Shown: positions 41,626-55,155 of the stretch, piece after piece
Position numbering within the stretch: the first letter of the stretch is position 1
How the letters are laid out: each line of letters starts with the position of its first letter
Notes under the pieces: generated by a model
Told to the model about the DNA's origin: nothing
Seen by the model: the letters and a program-made list of their open reading frames with translations, nothing else
Database searches by the model: none
Position numbers and translations under genes: made by a program
Source of the DNA: Proteromonas lacertae
Taxonomy: Eukaryota
Reading direction: 5' to 3'
Length of the DNA stretch: 64,000 nucleotides
Assembly: GCA_002245135.1 (NCBI GenBank)
Contig: NGBS01000586.1
Coordinates: 1 to 64,000, forward strand

Positions 41626-44600
41626 ATGAAAGTGGTTATTGCGTTTCTTTTTGCGTTTATTGCTATAGTTTCAGGTACTATTTTTTTTTCTTATACTGTT
41701 TTAGCAAATAAATGTCCTTTAAAACTGAATGACGGTTATGCCGATTGGCCAGAGTCAGAAGAAGGTCAAGTCACCTCTAAATGTCATGAAGGATATGTGA
41801 GTGAGAAGTTACCATACAGAAACTGTACAAATGGTCAGTGGTCAGAAATTAGCTTTAAATGTTATCCTCATGGTTCACCTCGTATGTTACAAGGAATTTG
41901 TATGCTTGTTGTTTTTTAGTGTATAATAGGGCCACCTGAGTATGAGATTAACTTTGAAAATCTGATAATCAAAGTAAGTGATAGTGGATATGATATAACA
42001 GGATTATTTTCTGTGTATGATGGTGCAAAATGTGATATGAATGAAATGTTCAAAGATTATGGTTATAAAGTTGAATACATTTGGGGTTTTGGAAGAGATA
42101 ATACAACTTTATATGAATCAGAGAGTGTTACAATTGATAGTTGTTACTCAGCTACCAATTATAAACAGGTTTTTAATGTAAATGTTCATACATCTGATTT
42201 ACACAACGTATATTTGAATGTTAGAAATAGAATGGCAACTACTACTTTTGATATTCTAAGTTGGTCATATAGTATATTTATATGAATTTATATTAAATAG
42301 AAATTGTTTGTGAAAGTGAATCAATCTATAACACATTCTATCCAATAACAGCAACAAACACAGAAGCAACTGGAGAATGTGAATTAACATATCACAATAG
42401 AGTAGATGGTGTAAATCCAATGAGAAAATGTACAAACAGTGTTTGGGAAACAGCTGATAATAATGCTTGTGTAAAATATAAATTTCCAAAAGTTACAGTT
42501 GATTTTAGTGAAGTAGAATCAACCTATATATCAAGTGGATCAAGTCAAGGTAAAATTAAATATTCTGGTAATATAATATTAAGAACAAATAAATGTGATA
42601 ATACTTTATTACCAAAGATGTTTGTATATGTAATGTTTGATAGTAAAAGTAATACCAAATTTGATGGAATAACTCCTGTTAATGTTAGCTATTGTTTTAG
42701 TGATTATAAAGTATCAATTCCAATTCCAACTCAAGAAGTTGCATATAATTTTTATGAAGTATCAGTTGGAGTATTTGGAACAAACAAAATGACAGATGAA
42801 TTAATAATAGATTCATTTGGTATATTTATTAACATTATTAATTATGATAAATAGATATTCAATGTAATTCACCTGATCCTGTTGAATATAATATCGATTG
42901 GGATATTACTATCAAAGGTATTGGTTATGGTAAATGTGTTGAATATTATAGATGGATTGGATCTGGTGATAAACCAACCAGAGAATGTTTAGGAAATAAT
43001 AAATATACTACAAATGATAAAACTAACTGTGAAGAATTCAGTATTTATATATTTATATTAATATAATTATTATAGTTCCTGATATTGACATAAAATTAGA
43101 AATTGATTGGGATGATAATTATGAGAAAGTATTAGGTGGAAATTATACAATCATTTATCCAACATGTGATTCAAAGAATACATTTCCATTAACATATAAA
43201 GTTTCTTACAATTATGATGGTGGAAAAGACAAACCACAAAGTGAGATTGCTTCTTGTATTCAGAATATTGAAAACAAATTACCATTAGCACCTGGTAAAA
43301 CACCTCAACAAAGTAAACTGATATTCACATTTTTTACAAAAGATATGAAACATGAATTTTTAACAAAAGATGTGTATTTAGTATGTCAAGAAACAATAAC
43401 TAATAATATAACTTGGGAAAGAACTCCATCTGGTCAAACAAGAACATATGATGATTTTGCCTGTAAACCATTCTATGAATTTGATGGTTCAAATCCAGCA
43501 ATATCAAGAAAATGTTTAGATAATGGAACTTGGGAATATTCTCCATATATATGTTTATTTGAAGGAGCAAGTATATAATATTATTTGTTATTGTAATTGA
43601 ATAGAATTTAATGTTGATGTTTCTGATGTTAAAACAGAAATGAATAATAATAATATAGTTGCAATTGAAGGAAAAGTAAAAGTAACAGATAGTACAAATT
43701 GTAAAGGTAATAAAGGAAAGTTATATTATAAATATGGAATATGTGATGCTGAGATATATACTACAAATTCAACTTGTAACTTCATAAAAGGAAGTAAAGA
43801 TTATTGTTTCATAGGAAATCAATTAGATATTATACCTCCTAATAAAATATCATTGGCTGGAAAAGAACACTTTTTACATTTAAGAATTGGAACTGATGAA
43901 AATAATCCAAGTGATTTTGTTTATACTAAAAGTATATAAATATTTAATTATGATGTTATTATATAGGATTATCCTGTAAAGATTATGTAAAAAATAATAT
44001 GATATTTCCATTATCATTGATTGGAGAAGTTGAAGGAAAATGTAATACAAGTTATGAATATAAAGAAGAAGGAAAAGCTCCAAAACTGACATGTCAAACA
44101 ACTGGATGGATTGAAACAAGTAGTTCATGTGAATTTAAACGTATATATATGTTTGTATATATAAATATGAATAGCACCTGAATTAAAAATGAACTTTGAT
44201 GGTGTAACATTTGATAATACCAATGTGAATAATCCAAAAGCTTATGGAACAATAGTTATTAATGATTTATCAATGAATACTCGATTATATCCTCCTTCAG
44301 AAGTTTATTTATATGTTTGTTTTCAATCAAAAGTAACAACTCCAGCAACACCTTGTAATTCAGGTAGTAAAATATTATATCCATTTATAAACAATACATA
44401 TTCATATAATTTGAATATTGGAATAAGCAGTTTAACTATTAGAACATTATATATAGTTTTATCTGATGCAAAATCTTACAAATATGATAGTAAAATCTAT
44501 ACATGTATATTTTATTTGTTATAATAATGTATAGATAATTACTGTAAAGCTGAAAAAGTTGGTGAAATGTCTTATGTTAATTCAGTTCCAGGTATAGCTA

Positions 44601-47600
44601 ATGGAACATGTATTACATTCTGGAAACCAAAAGTTGATAATAAGAGAAAATGTAAAGATGATGGAAATTGGGAAGCAACAACAAATGAATGCATTAAAGA
44701 AAGTGACATTTTCAAAATTGATTTTTCACAATTGAAAATTGAAGTTTTATCATTTAATAAAACAAAAGTGAGTGGTAATGTGTTAATTCATGATATATTG
44801 GAGTGTGGTTCTCCATTTCCTCCTTCACAGTTATCTATAGTATATTGTTACAGTGAATACACAGATAGATGTGATAATTATAAATATGGTTATGTAGATA
44901 AATATTATGCTTATTGTTTTAATAATAATGTATTAAGTATTCCAATTGATAAAATATATGTGAATCAGAATGCAGTGTTTAGTAATTATTTTGTAGTGAA
45001 GATTTTTAAAGATAATAGATTCTTAGCTAATGAAGTATATGGAGTAGATTATAGAAGTATAATAATTGTTATATATATTTGAATAGTATTAACATGTCGA
45101 AGTTTATATGAGAATAATGCTTGGTTTGTACCAACTCCAACAAATACATCAACTGAAGGTTATTGTGCTCCAATGTATTATTATGTTGATGATTCTAAAA
45201 AGCCATCAACTGAATGTGAATTAGATGGAAATTTTGCTAGTTTAGATAGTAATGAATATTGTTTTTATAATGGCACACAATTTGAAATAGATGCTTATAT
45301 AAATAAACCATATAGTTCTTATGATAGTCAAAATAAATATTACTATAGTATAAGAGGATATGCAAACATTGATGATCATTCAGAATGTAATTATATATAT
45401 CATCAAAATTATATTAACATTACATTCTTCTTTTCAAGTAGTAATACATCATTTGATCGAGATTATAGTAATACAAAATATTCTTATGCTATACCATATT
45501 GTTTCAATAATAAATTATATTATAATTTTACAATTAACTTCAATCACTATCAATCTGGTAATCACCATTATGCTTTAATAAGATTATCTCCATATAAGAA
45601 TGAACCAAGATGGAATTTTACTAGTTCTTTAACATTTCAAGAAATAGTAATAGCAACATATTGTCCTAGTGAAACTATTAATTTATTGTATTGGACATCT
45701 ACTAGTATTGGTTTAAATCATACTGCACATTGTCCTGTATTTACTGAATTTTATGGTGATAAAAATGATCTTGAAAGAAGATGTGAAAAGAATGGATATT
45801 ATAATTACTTTAATAGATCAAAAACAGGATGTACAGATTTAGATAGAGTATTTGTTTTTGATGTAAATGCTACAGCCTATATGGATGAAGATGGATATGC
45901 TGTGATTAATGGTAAAATAACAATTACTCAAACAGTTAAAGTTAAATATGAATTTATTCCTGCATATCTTTCCATATATTTGGGATTTGTATATTCAATT
46001 GAAAATGTATGTACAGGATGTACAAGTTATCATGATAGGATTGAAGTTAAATATAATGAAGATTTTGATAGATATGAATATGATTTAGTTAATTTTAAAG
46101 CAGATAAGCCTGAATATATGAACAAATTTTATGCTAAATTTGAAGATGGAAGAATAGAAGATAATCTATATTATAATCTTAGTATATGATATTTATATAT
46201 ATATAATAGCTGTATATTGTAATCAAACAAGATTTTATGAGAATAATTTATATATTAAATATGGTCCATTTAATGAAACTAGCAAAGGTTATTGTTATGC
46301 ATTTTATACTTACTCAATTCCAGGTGAATATCCAGAAAGCGTTTGTCAAGAATCAGGTAAATTTATTCAGCCAAATAAACAAAGTGAAAGATGTGATTAT
46401 AAAGGAACAGGTTTTGAAATATCTGGAAATATATCCATAATACCAAGTGTTAATAATGATTATTATAATTTCATTGGTTATGTTCAAATTGATGATAAAT
46501 GGTCATGTAATTATACTCGTCATCAAGATTTAGTATCAAATCACTATAGATGGACAGAAATAGAGAATGATACAAGTACATTTGAAATAGGTGATAAATT
46601 TGTTAATTTTACATATTGTTTTGAGAATGATAGTGTAATATATCCAATTGAAGTTAAGAATGTTCATAAGAATAATATAGAGTATTATCATTATTTGAAT
46701 TGGAGAATGTATCCAACATTCCCAGAATATGCTTTAACTAACAAAACAACATTTGATCAAAAATCAATAGCAACATTCTGCAGCCCAGATGAAAAACATT
46801 TAATATCATGGAGATTAAGTAATGTATCAGAAGTAGTAGAAGGAATATGTCAAGCTTTTCACAATTATACAGATGGTTATAGACCTTATAGAGAATGTAA
46901 AGAAGATGGAAAATGGGATAATTATCCACCAGGTGCTTGTAAAAAAATGGATACTCATTTTACAGTAGATACAAGTTTATTGAATGTAACAATTGATGAA
47001 AAAGAATTAGTTCATGTTGGTGGAATAATGATATTACGTGATAATGATGAATGTAGATTTTCATATACACCAAATGAAATATATGTAAGATTCTTAATAA
47101 ATAATGATATAAATAAATATTCAACAACTGTCCATAAAATACCATATTGTTTTGAGAATGGTACATATCATTTTAATATGACTGGTTTGAAAGATACTGT
47201 AAGTGTGAATAAAGCATATAATCAATTGAATTTCATGTTTTGTTATGATCCAATATGTAATGCTGTTTTAAATAAGCATCATATCAAATTATCATGTGTT
47301 TCAAAGTCAATATCATCTGGATTTATGGGTGCTGCAGTGATAGGAGAATATGGATATGGTTATTGTGAAGAATTTCATGAATATGATGGTGGAAATATAC
47401 CAAAAGCATTGTGTTTACCATCTGGTCAATTTGAAGCATTTTCAACCTCACAAACATGTAAATATACAGGAACAAAATTTGTAATGAGTAGAAACTTTAG
47501 TATAGAATCTGTTAATTCATCATATTATCATTTGAATGGATATGTTGTAATAAAAGATGATTATTACTGTAAATATACAAAGAAACCTGATTCATTAAGA

Positions 47601-50600
47601 GTTGCTTATATCTTTGCAGATTTCAAATATGTTAGACTTCCATGTTCTTTAAAGGAAATTGTAATACCTTATTGTTTCGCAGATAATAATACATATACAT
47701 TATATCATGATGTATATATAAAGAAGAATGAAGTATCTGATTATAAATATTTAAGTAGTTATTTAATTGCTCCAGATGGTGATCCTATATTTAATTGTGG
47801 TTCAGCCTTTGCTGAACTTAAAGAAGCAACATATTGTAATAAAGATACTGCTTATAGTATTACATGGGATTATGGTAGTTTAGATCAATATAATGAAGGA
47901 GATTGTCCACCATTTACTAACTATAATGGTAAAACTGTAAGACCATTGAGATATTGTGATATAAATGGATTATGGAAAGCATTTGATACTACTTATAAAT
48001 GTGAAGCTATTACAACAGGATTTGAAATCTCATTTGATTATCTTAATTCAAGTATTGATGAATATGATAGTAATGTAATATTTGGAAATATCTCACTTTA
48101 TGATCGATTTGAATGTAATTATAATTTCACACCATTTAGTTTATATGTAAGATATGGTTTTTCTGAAGAAGATGGTATAATGGATTATTATAAAACAAAA
48201 GAAATCCCTTATTGTTGGGAAGGTAATAAGTATGAAATGGAAATTCCTGCTTATTCTCAATTAGAATATTCTTATGATTATTTCACATTTGAGTTATGTG
48301 TAGATTCATCATGTTCAAAAGTACTAAAAACCAAAACTCAAAGAGTATTCTGTTCAGAAAATGAAGCAAATGAAGTAACATGGAGAAAAGCAGGATTTGG
48401 AACTCATTTAGGTGAATGTAGAGAGTTTTATACTCAACCAGAAAGTCAATTATTAGAAAGACAATGTAATATTGATGGAAAATGGGGTTCTTATAATAAC
48501 AGTTGTATGTTGATTGATTTACCTGGAACAGTAATAACATTAAGTGATGTTAGTGGTAATTATATAAATAATGAAACTGGTGAATATAATATAACCTTTA
48601 CATTTACAGTTGCTTATGTAAAATGTAGTATATTACCTCCTGATACTCAAATCAAATTTGGTTATTCATTGTTAGAGAAATCATTTAATGATTATGTTCC
48701 ATTAGATTATACTAATGATTCTTATTGTCGAAATACTCCTCCTGTCAGTTTTACAAGATTAGTTCATGTTTATCCATCTGAAGAGAATAAGTTGAATTTA
48801 CATGCAAAGATATGTTTAGCTACAAGATTAGATGATTGTAGTGTTCCATCTCAACAAGAAACATATCCAATAGCATGTAAAGAAGAAGAAAATGCTTATA
48901 ATGCATCTTGGTTACAATCAATAGTGAATGAAAATATAACAGGAAGATGTTTACCTGATTATATATATGATAATGATGATGGAGCAGATTTTCCAACAAG
49001 AAAATGTTTAGTGGGAGGAAGTTGGTCTTCACCATCGAAAGGATGCACATATCAAATAAGACCAGAATTTGATTGGGAATTTGGTGATTTGGATATACAC
49101 TTGAATTTAAGTTCAAACAGAAAAATAGTAACAGCTGTAACACTGAATGGTCCATTATATTTAACTGACTTGAAAAAATGTACAAAATTCCAACCAATCA
49201 TTTATCTTCAATACACTTTATCTCAATTTGAGAATAGTTTTATAGATGGAGATGTAATAACAGAAGAAGTAGATTATTGTTTCAAGAAAAAGAATGTATT
49301 TACAAAGAATTTCACTGATTATAGTGGAATAAATGTGAGATATTTAAATTGTAGAATGTGTATGGATAAGAAATGTGAAAAGATAATTCAAAAATATACA
49401 CAACCATTGTATTGTGAAGCTGTTAGTTCCAATGGTTTAGATTGGGATCCAAGTCCTTTAAAACCAATGACAAATGTTTGTCCAAATACAAGTATATGGG
49501 AAACATCAGGTTGGAATGGTCCAGAAGAAGTTCCAACAAAAGTTTGTTTTCAGAATGGAACATGGGATTTAACTCCTTATAAATGTGTATATCCAGATGA
49601 ATGGTGTCCAAAGGAAACAAAGTATAATGCTTATTGGCCAATATCTGTGCCAAAACCTGTAGTTTATGGTGATTGTCAAGAAGGATATATATCAGTTGGA
49701 CCAGATGGACATTCATATAGAGAATGTTTTCAAGGTTTATATTTCAGTGATGCTGTTTATTATAAATGTGTAAGTAATGCATTTACTCATCTTGTATTTG
49801 ATTTAACAGTTGATAATAAGAAAGTTGTTAATAAAGATTTCGATGTAAGTGGAAAGTTTAATATGCATCTTGAAAATTACAACTGTCATCCTGATGATAA
49901 TGATACTGTTCCATTAGATATTTATGGTTATTATGGTTCATCAGCTCAGAAAGTGTTATTAACTACATTTAATTATACATGTCATTCTGGAAATGTATTT
50001 GATAGTGATTTTGTTTTACCAATTCCATTGTTGGTTAAATATCCTGGCACAACTTTAGAATTGACATTAGAGTTTAATAGAACTGAATTTATTCGTCATG
50101 TTGAAGGTATATAGATATATCTATTATATATTATTATTATTATAGTTCTTGGATGTGAATATATAGAAGAAAGTGAGAATAATTTCAATACTTCCTTACC
50201 AGGGACAATAATAGGTAAATGTTCAAATGGTTATGTATCTGATAATCCAAATAATGATAATAATCCATTCAGAAAATGTAATGCTGATGGATTATGGGAA
50301 GAAATAGAATATCCATGTTATAAACAGAGTATAATATTGTTATTTATTCTTATTAAAATAGCTTATAAAGATTTAACATTCGATTATAAAGAATTCTATG
50401 TTAGAGCTTTGACTGCTTCTGATCAATTCTGTGTTTCACAAACAGTGAATTTAGTTTATTCAAAAGAATGTCCAACAGTAGAAAAATACTTTAAATTATC
50501 ATTGTTTTCTCATTTTACAGAAGATGAAGAAAAACAATCTTATTCATCAACAAATATCTCATTCATGTGTCAAGAGAATAACAAATTCACAATAAGTGAA

Positions 50601-53120
50601 GAAAGATGTATTTATATAAACCAATCAAATTACATTATTTTTGATCTTTATGTTGATGGAAAATATGAAAAATCAGATAAATATGTATTAGGATGTGAAA
50701 GAGTGAAAGTTGGTAGAGATAATTGGTATATATCGTTAGTTGGAATGAATGAAGGTTATTGTGATGCTGGTGGTTATAAAGCTAATACTCCAACAGGTAA
50801 TCCAATGAGAGAATGTACAAGTAAAGGATGGGGAGTAATGAGTAGTAGATGTGTATTAGATGAGTATAAATACTTTAAACTATCAGTTGATGATTCATTC
50901 TTATCAATTAGTGAGAATAAGTTTTGTATTCATTCTGTCATATTGACATATGAGATAAATAGTTGTAATACTACATTTGTAGATTATCGTTTAACTTATC
51001 TTTTATCAGGTGAAATAGATGAATTACTGTTTTCTAATTTAACATTTGATTGTAAAACAATGAATGAATACAAAATCAAACCATCATCTCCAATTTGTGT
51101 AAATGATACATATGAGAATGTATTATTCTCATTATCAAATGAAAATGATTTCATAACTGATTTAACAGCTAATTTAGGATGTGGATCAACAGAGTTTGCT
51201 AATGCCAATTTCCCACTTTCATTACCAGGTGATATAGTTGAAGGAGAATGTATAGATGGTTATATAATCTTTGATACACCTTATCCAACAGCAAAGTGTC
51301 AACCTGATTCTAGTTACAGTAGTATAAGTGAATGTTTACCAAAAGATTATCCTGAAGTTAATGTTGATAAACTTGAGATTAGTGTGAAAGATGACAAACA
51401 ATTTTGTATTAGTGAAGTTTTAGAAGTGTATTTCAATGGAGAAGAATGTCGAAAACCAACATTGAATCTACAATTGAAAGTGTATTATATAATAAATGGA
51501 GTTAAAAAGTTCTTATATAGTTTCCCATATAGTTGTAAAGCAGGATTAGTATCTGAATATAGAATATCACCTGAAATATGTTTAGAAGAAAATGTAAATA
51601 CAATGAGTTTTGAAATAGATTATAATGATAATAAACTATCAGAAACACCATTAACATTAGGTTGTTTATCATATTCAGTTGATAGATTTCAATTTGGTTT
51701 ATCTCCAGGTGGAGATGATATAGTATTAGGAGATTGTTTATCAGAATATGAATATGTGAATATATCTTGTAAACCCAAAGCAATATGTAATAAAGATGAA
51801 GGTAAATATGAGAATATAAGTGGTTATTGTACTTATCCAGATTATCAAGATACGACATTCTCCTTAGATCAAGTATATGTGAGTAAACCACCTGAAGATA
51901 ATAGATTCTGTGTAGAAGGAACATTATTAACAATTCATGTTGGAAGTTGTGATAATCAATCAAGTGTAATACCTTTAACAATATCCTATAAATATCCAAA
52001 CAGTGATCAGAAACATTTCTTTGAAGAATTTCTTTATGATTGTAAAGAAGGAATAATTGATTTACATAAATTTAATGAACCACTTTGTGTAGATGGAACA
52101 TCCATCAATAATATCACAATAATATTAGAAAAGACACAAACAAATGAAATAATCTCCACATCAGCATTGTTATTAGGATGTCTTGGTTATGAAGATGAAT
52201 CAACAATATGGAATGCGACATTAACAAATAACTCAACAGAAGGTATGTGTAAACCAACTTTCGTATATAATGAAGGATCAGGTCCAAGAAAATGTAATGA
52301 AAATGGTTTATGGGAAGAAAAGAATAATGTTTGTGTAAGATTAAAAGAGAAATCATTTATGGATGAATATGGAGCTTTAGTAATTGGGTTATCAGCTGGT
52401 GTATGTTGTTTCTGGTGGTTAATGGTTTTAATGTCATTGTTGTTTATGTATTTATATAAGAAATTACGTGAAAAGAAAGAAGAAAAACAATTGAAAACAA
52501 TAATTCCATCTGATGCCAATCCAATAAGTAGTGCAACAGTTGGTTCAAATGGACAGAATGGACAAAATCCACCAGTTGATGCAAAACCAATAGAACAAAA
52601 AGTATTCCATGCTCCAAAGCGAAGAATGACTAGAAGAAAATTAAAGCCAGTAGGATCAAGACCAAGTCAATTACCTGCTTTGAAAGTTCCTCAATTACCA
52701 GTTACAATGGATGATGCTGATATTGATAAAGAAGATTTGAATTCTTCAAAGCCAGATGGAATGATGTTACATAATACTGGAATTAGTCTTCGAATGAATA
52801 GTAGAGATAGTGATGAGTTTAATTATAAGAGAGTTCCAAGTAATGCTTCATCAATAACACACAAGTTTGGAGAAACTAACACAAACAGTTCAAATTCATC
52901 GATAGATACAACAGGTAGTAAAGATAATACATCTCCTAGACAACCTACTAAAGTTGAATTACCTGAAGTATTGAATAAACCATTAAATCAATTAACAAAG
53001 AGTGGATTATTACCTCCTTTAGCTAGAAAGTCTTTTAATCCTGTGAATAGATTTGAAACAAGAACAATATCATCTGAAGCACCAAAACAAGAACTCAGAA
53101 AGAAGAAGATTATTGAATAG
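41626..53120 (+). CDS. Giant modular type I surface protein, copy B (intact, 3,690 aa)
   Basis: Thirteen introns (41675-41704, 41900-41929, 42272-42300, 42820-42854, 43041-43075, 43571-43604, 43932-43966, 44141-44174, 44505-44534, 45057-45086, 46182-46209, 50107-50145, 50329-50361; 422 nt total) leave an 11,073-nt reading frame. It encodes a signal peptide, 21 C-x-W-x-G-x-C-x-R-x-C-x-G-x-W-x-C modules, 19 beta-rich domains, TM GALVIGLSAGVCCFWWLMVLMSLLFMYLY and a Ser/Pro-rich tail. Confidence 0.92.
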
Positions 53121-54000
53121 AAATTATTATTATTATTATACCTTATATTATTCTTATTAATATGTTTTTGTTTTTGAATATGCATTTTGATTGAATAATT
53201 GATTCATGAATCGTGAGATAATGAGAAAAAGAAAATGAGAAAGTTTGGCTTGAATATTTGAGAGAATCAAGCCTATATATACAAAAAATGATTAAAATAT
53301 CTTCTTGTGAAGTGATATAAGAACTATCTGAAAGATATCTAGAAGCTATTTCTTTGGTACTATATGTTACTTGGATGAAATCTTCTAAGGTATTTACTTG
53401 CATAAAAGATTAAGTAATCTTATTAGATGCAGTATTATCTCAATCCGCAATACAATTACGTGCAAGATTAGATGATATACCTGAAGAGATATTTGTCTTC
53501 TTATGTGATATACAAGATATTTTATCTATTGGAGTTGAAGAGATGAATATCATATTATGTTCAGTATATTTAACTTCATGTGATAGTTTATCTGAAGAAG
53601 GTAATGTTTGTACAGCAATGATTTTACATCTATTATAATTAATTCTTTAATTTGTTGTTTATTTGCTGAATTGTTATTATTTCCATCAGTAGCTGATATT
53701 CTACCTCCACCAATAACGAAATCAAGATCTGAATTAATCTAAGGTGAAAAATTATTATCAAATGTTGGAATAATAATTTTGAGAATGTAATAAATAGTGA
53801 TAATATTAGTTTAGATGAAGTAGAAGATGAAGAAACGCCAGGAGTTGATACAGAATATTTATCTTAATTCAGGTGACAGATTTTAATAAATCTCAAGTCA
53901 TAAATAATCCAAATTAAATCGTCAATTATTAGTTCTATCAGTAGATCCTCATTACTTCAAGGTAAAAGTTCAGAAACAATAGATTTAATTATCTAATCAA

Positions 54001-54468
54001 TTATTCAATATTAAAGAATTGTTTAGATAATTCTTTCTTTTCTTCTTCTGATATTCCATCTAATTTTATTGTATGGACTGATGAAAATGTTTTTAGAAAT
54101 GATTTTAATTCTGATTTATCTATGTTTTCTTTCACTGTCATTGTTAATTTAGTATATTCAAATATTTTACTATTTTCTTTCATTAATCTCAACCCTTTTT
54201 CATTTAATTCATTTCCTGATATATCCACATAACTTAACCTTCCATACTTTTTTATGCTTTTTATTAACATTTTTAATCCTTTCTCATTCATTCCAACATC
54301 TATTCATAATATAATAACATATTATATTGATAAAATACTTGAAAGATTTAATGATAATTGATTATTCAGTAAATATATCAAATATTTATGATATTATCTC
54401 TATTCCTTCATCTCCAATTGGATTGCCATATATTGAAATATATTCTGCTCTTTTATGAAAAGACTCTA
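54001..54468 (-). pseudogene. 5'-truncated duplicate of the pseudokinase-LRR gene 3' end
   Basis: Matches 22655-23121 (last exon near-identical), locally diverged at 54360-54395, and lacks everything upstream. Confidence 0.85.
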
Positions 54469-55031
54469 ATCCAATAATAATATTTTTAATTACATAATTT
54501 TATTAATTCTTCACAATTCTTCTGATAAAATCTGTTACTATTGTGACTTTTAGCTATAATACAAATAATAATAATAATAAATACCTTTCTCAATGCTTTT
54601 TGGACTTTCATTTTTATCCATCACAACTAATACTTTCAATGTCTCAAATACATTCTTTTGAATCATTTCATCTGGATCATCTAAATGAATTAAAAAACAA
54701 TCCAAACAGTAAGCTGATTAAAGTTCCATGATAACTTTCTTTTTCATGAACAATCAAAAAACTTTATCATATACTTACAACACTCTATTCTTATTGAATT
54801 TTCAGAGTCATCTAGTCTTTTCATTAAATCACCATATATTTTATTCACTTCTTCTTCATTTAAATGATCATTCAAAATATCAAAATAAAACGTTAAACAT
54901 TGACTTGTTATATATCTTATATCTTTATCATCATCATCTAAACAACTGATTAATGGAGGTGTAATGTTATTTTTTAATTCAATTATACTATTACTCAACT
55001 ATTTTATATTTTAAAATAATATTTTATATAT
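54469..55031 (-). pseudogene. 5'-truncated duplicate of the DNAAF5 3' end
   Basis: Matches 16400-16974 (SNSIIELKNNITPPLISCLDDDD...) with substitutions and indels. Homology begins inside a TA-repeat intron. Confidence 0.88.
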
Positions 55032-55155
55032 GAATCAATCTTGTCACTCATTATAAAAAAGTCAAATCATAAAAAAATACAAGTCAGAGTCTTTTAAGAT
55101 GATGTATTTGATAAAAAAGAATCTAATAACAAAACATAAACAGACAAAATCTTAA

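Larger units (their letters stand above)
41570..54468. repeat. Right arm of large inverted duplication
   Basis: Reverse complement of about 22655-35550. It continues after a junction into a copy of 16400-16974. Confidence 0.97.

Noticed and set aside
22655..54468. Inverted arms as terminal inverted repeats of a giant transposon (Polinton-like)
   Set aside because: No transposase, integrase, polymerase or capsid gene and no target-site duplication; the arms consist of host genes.
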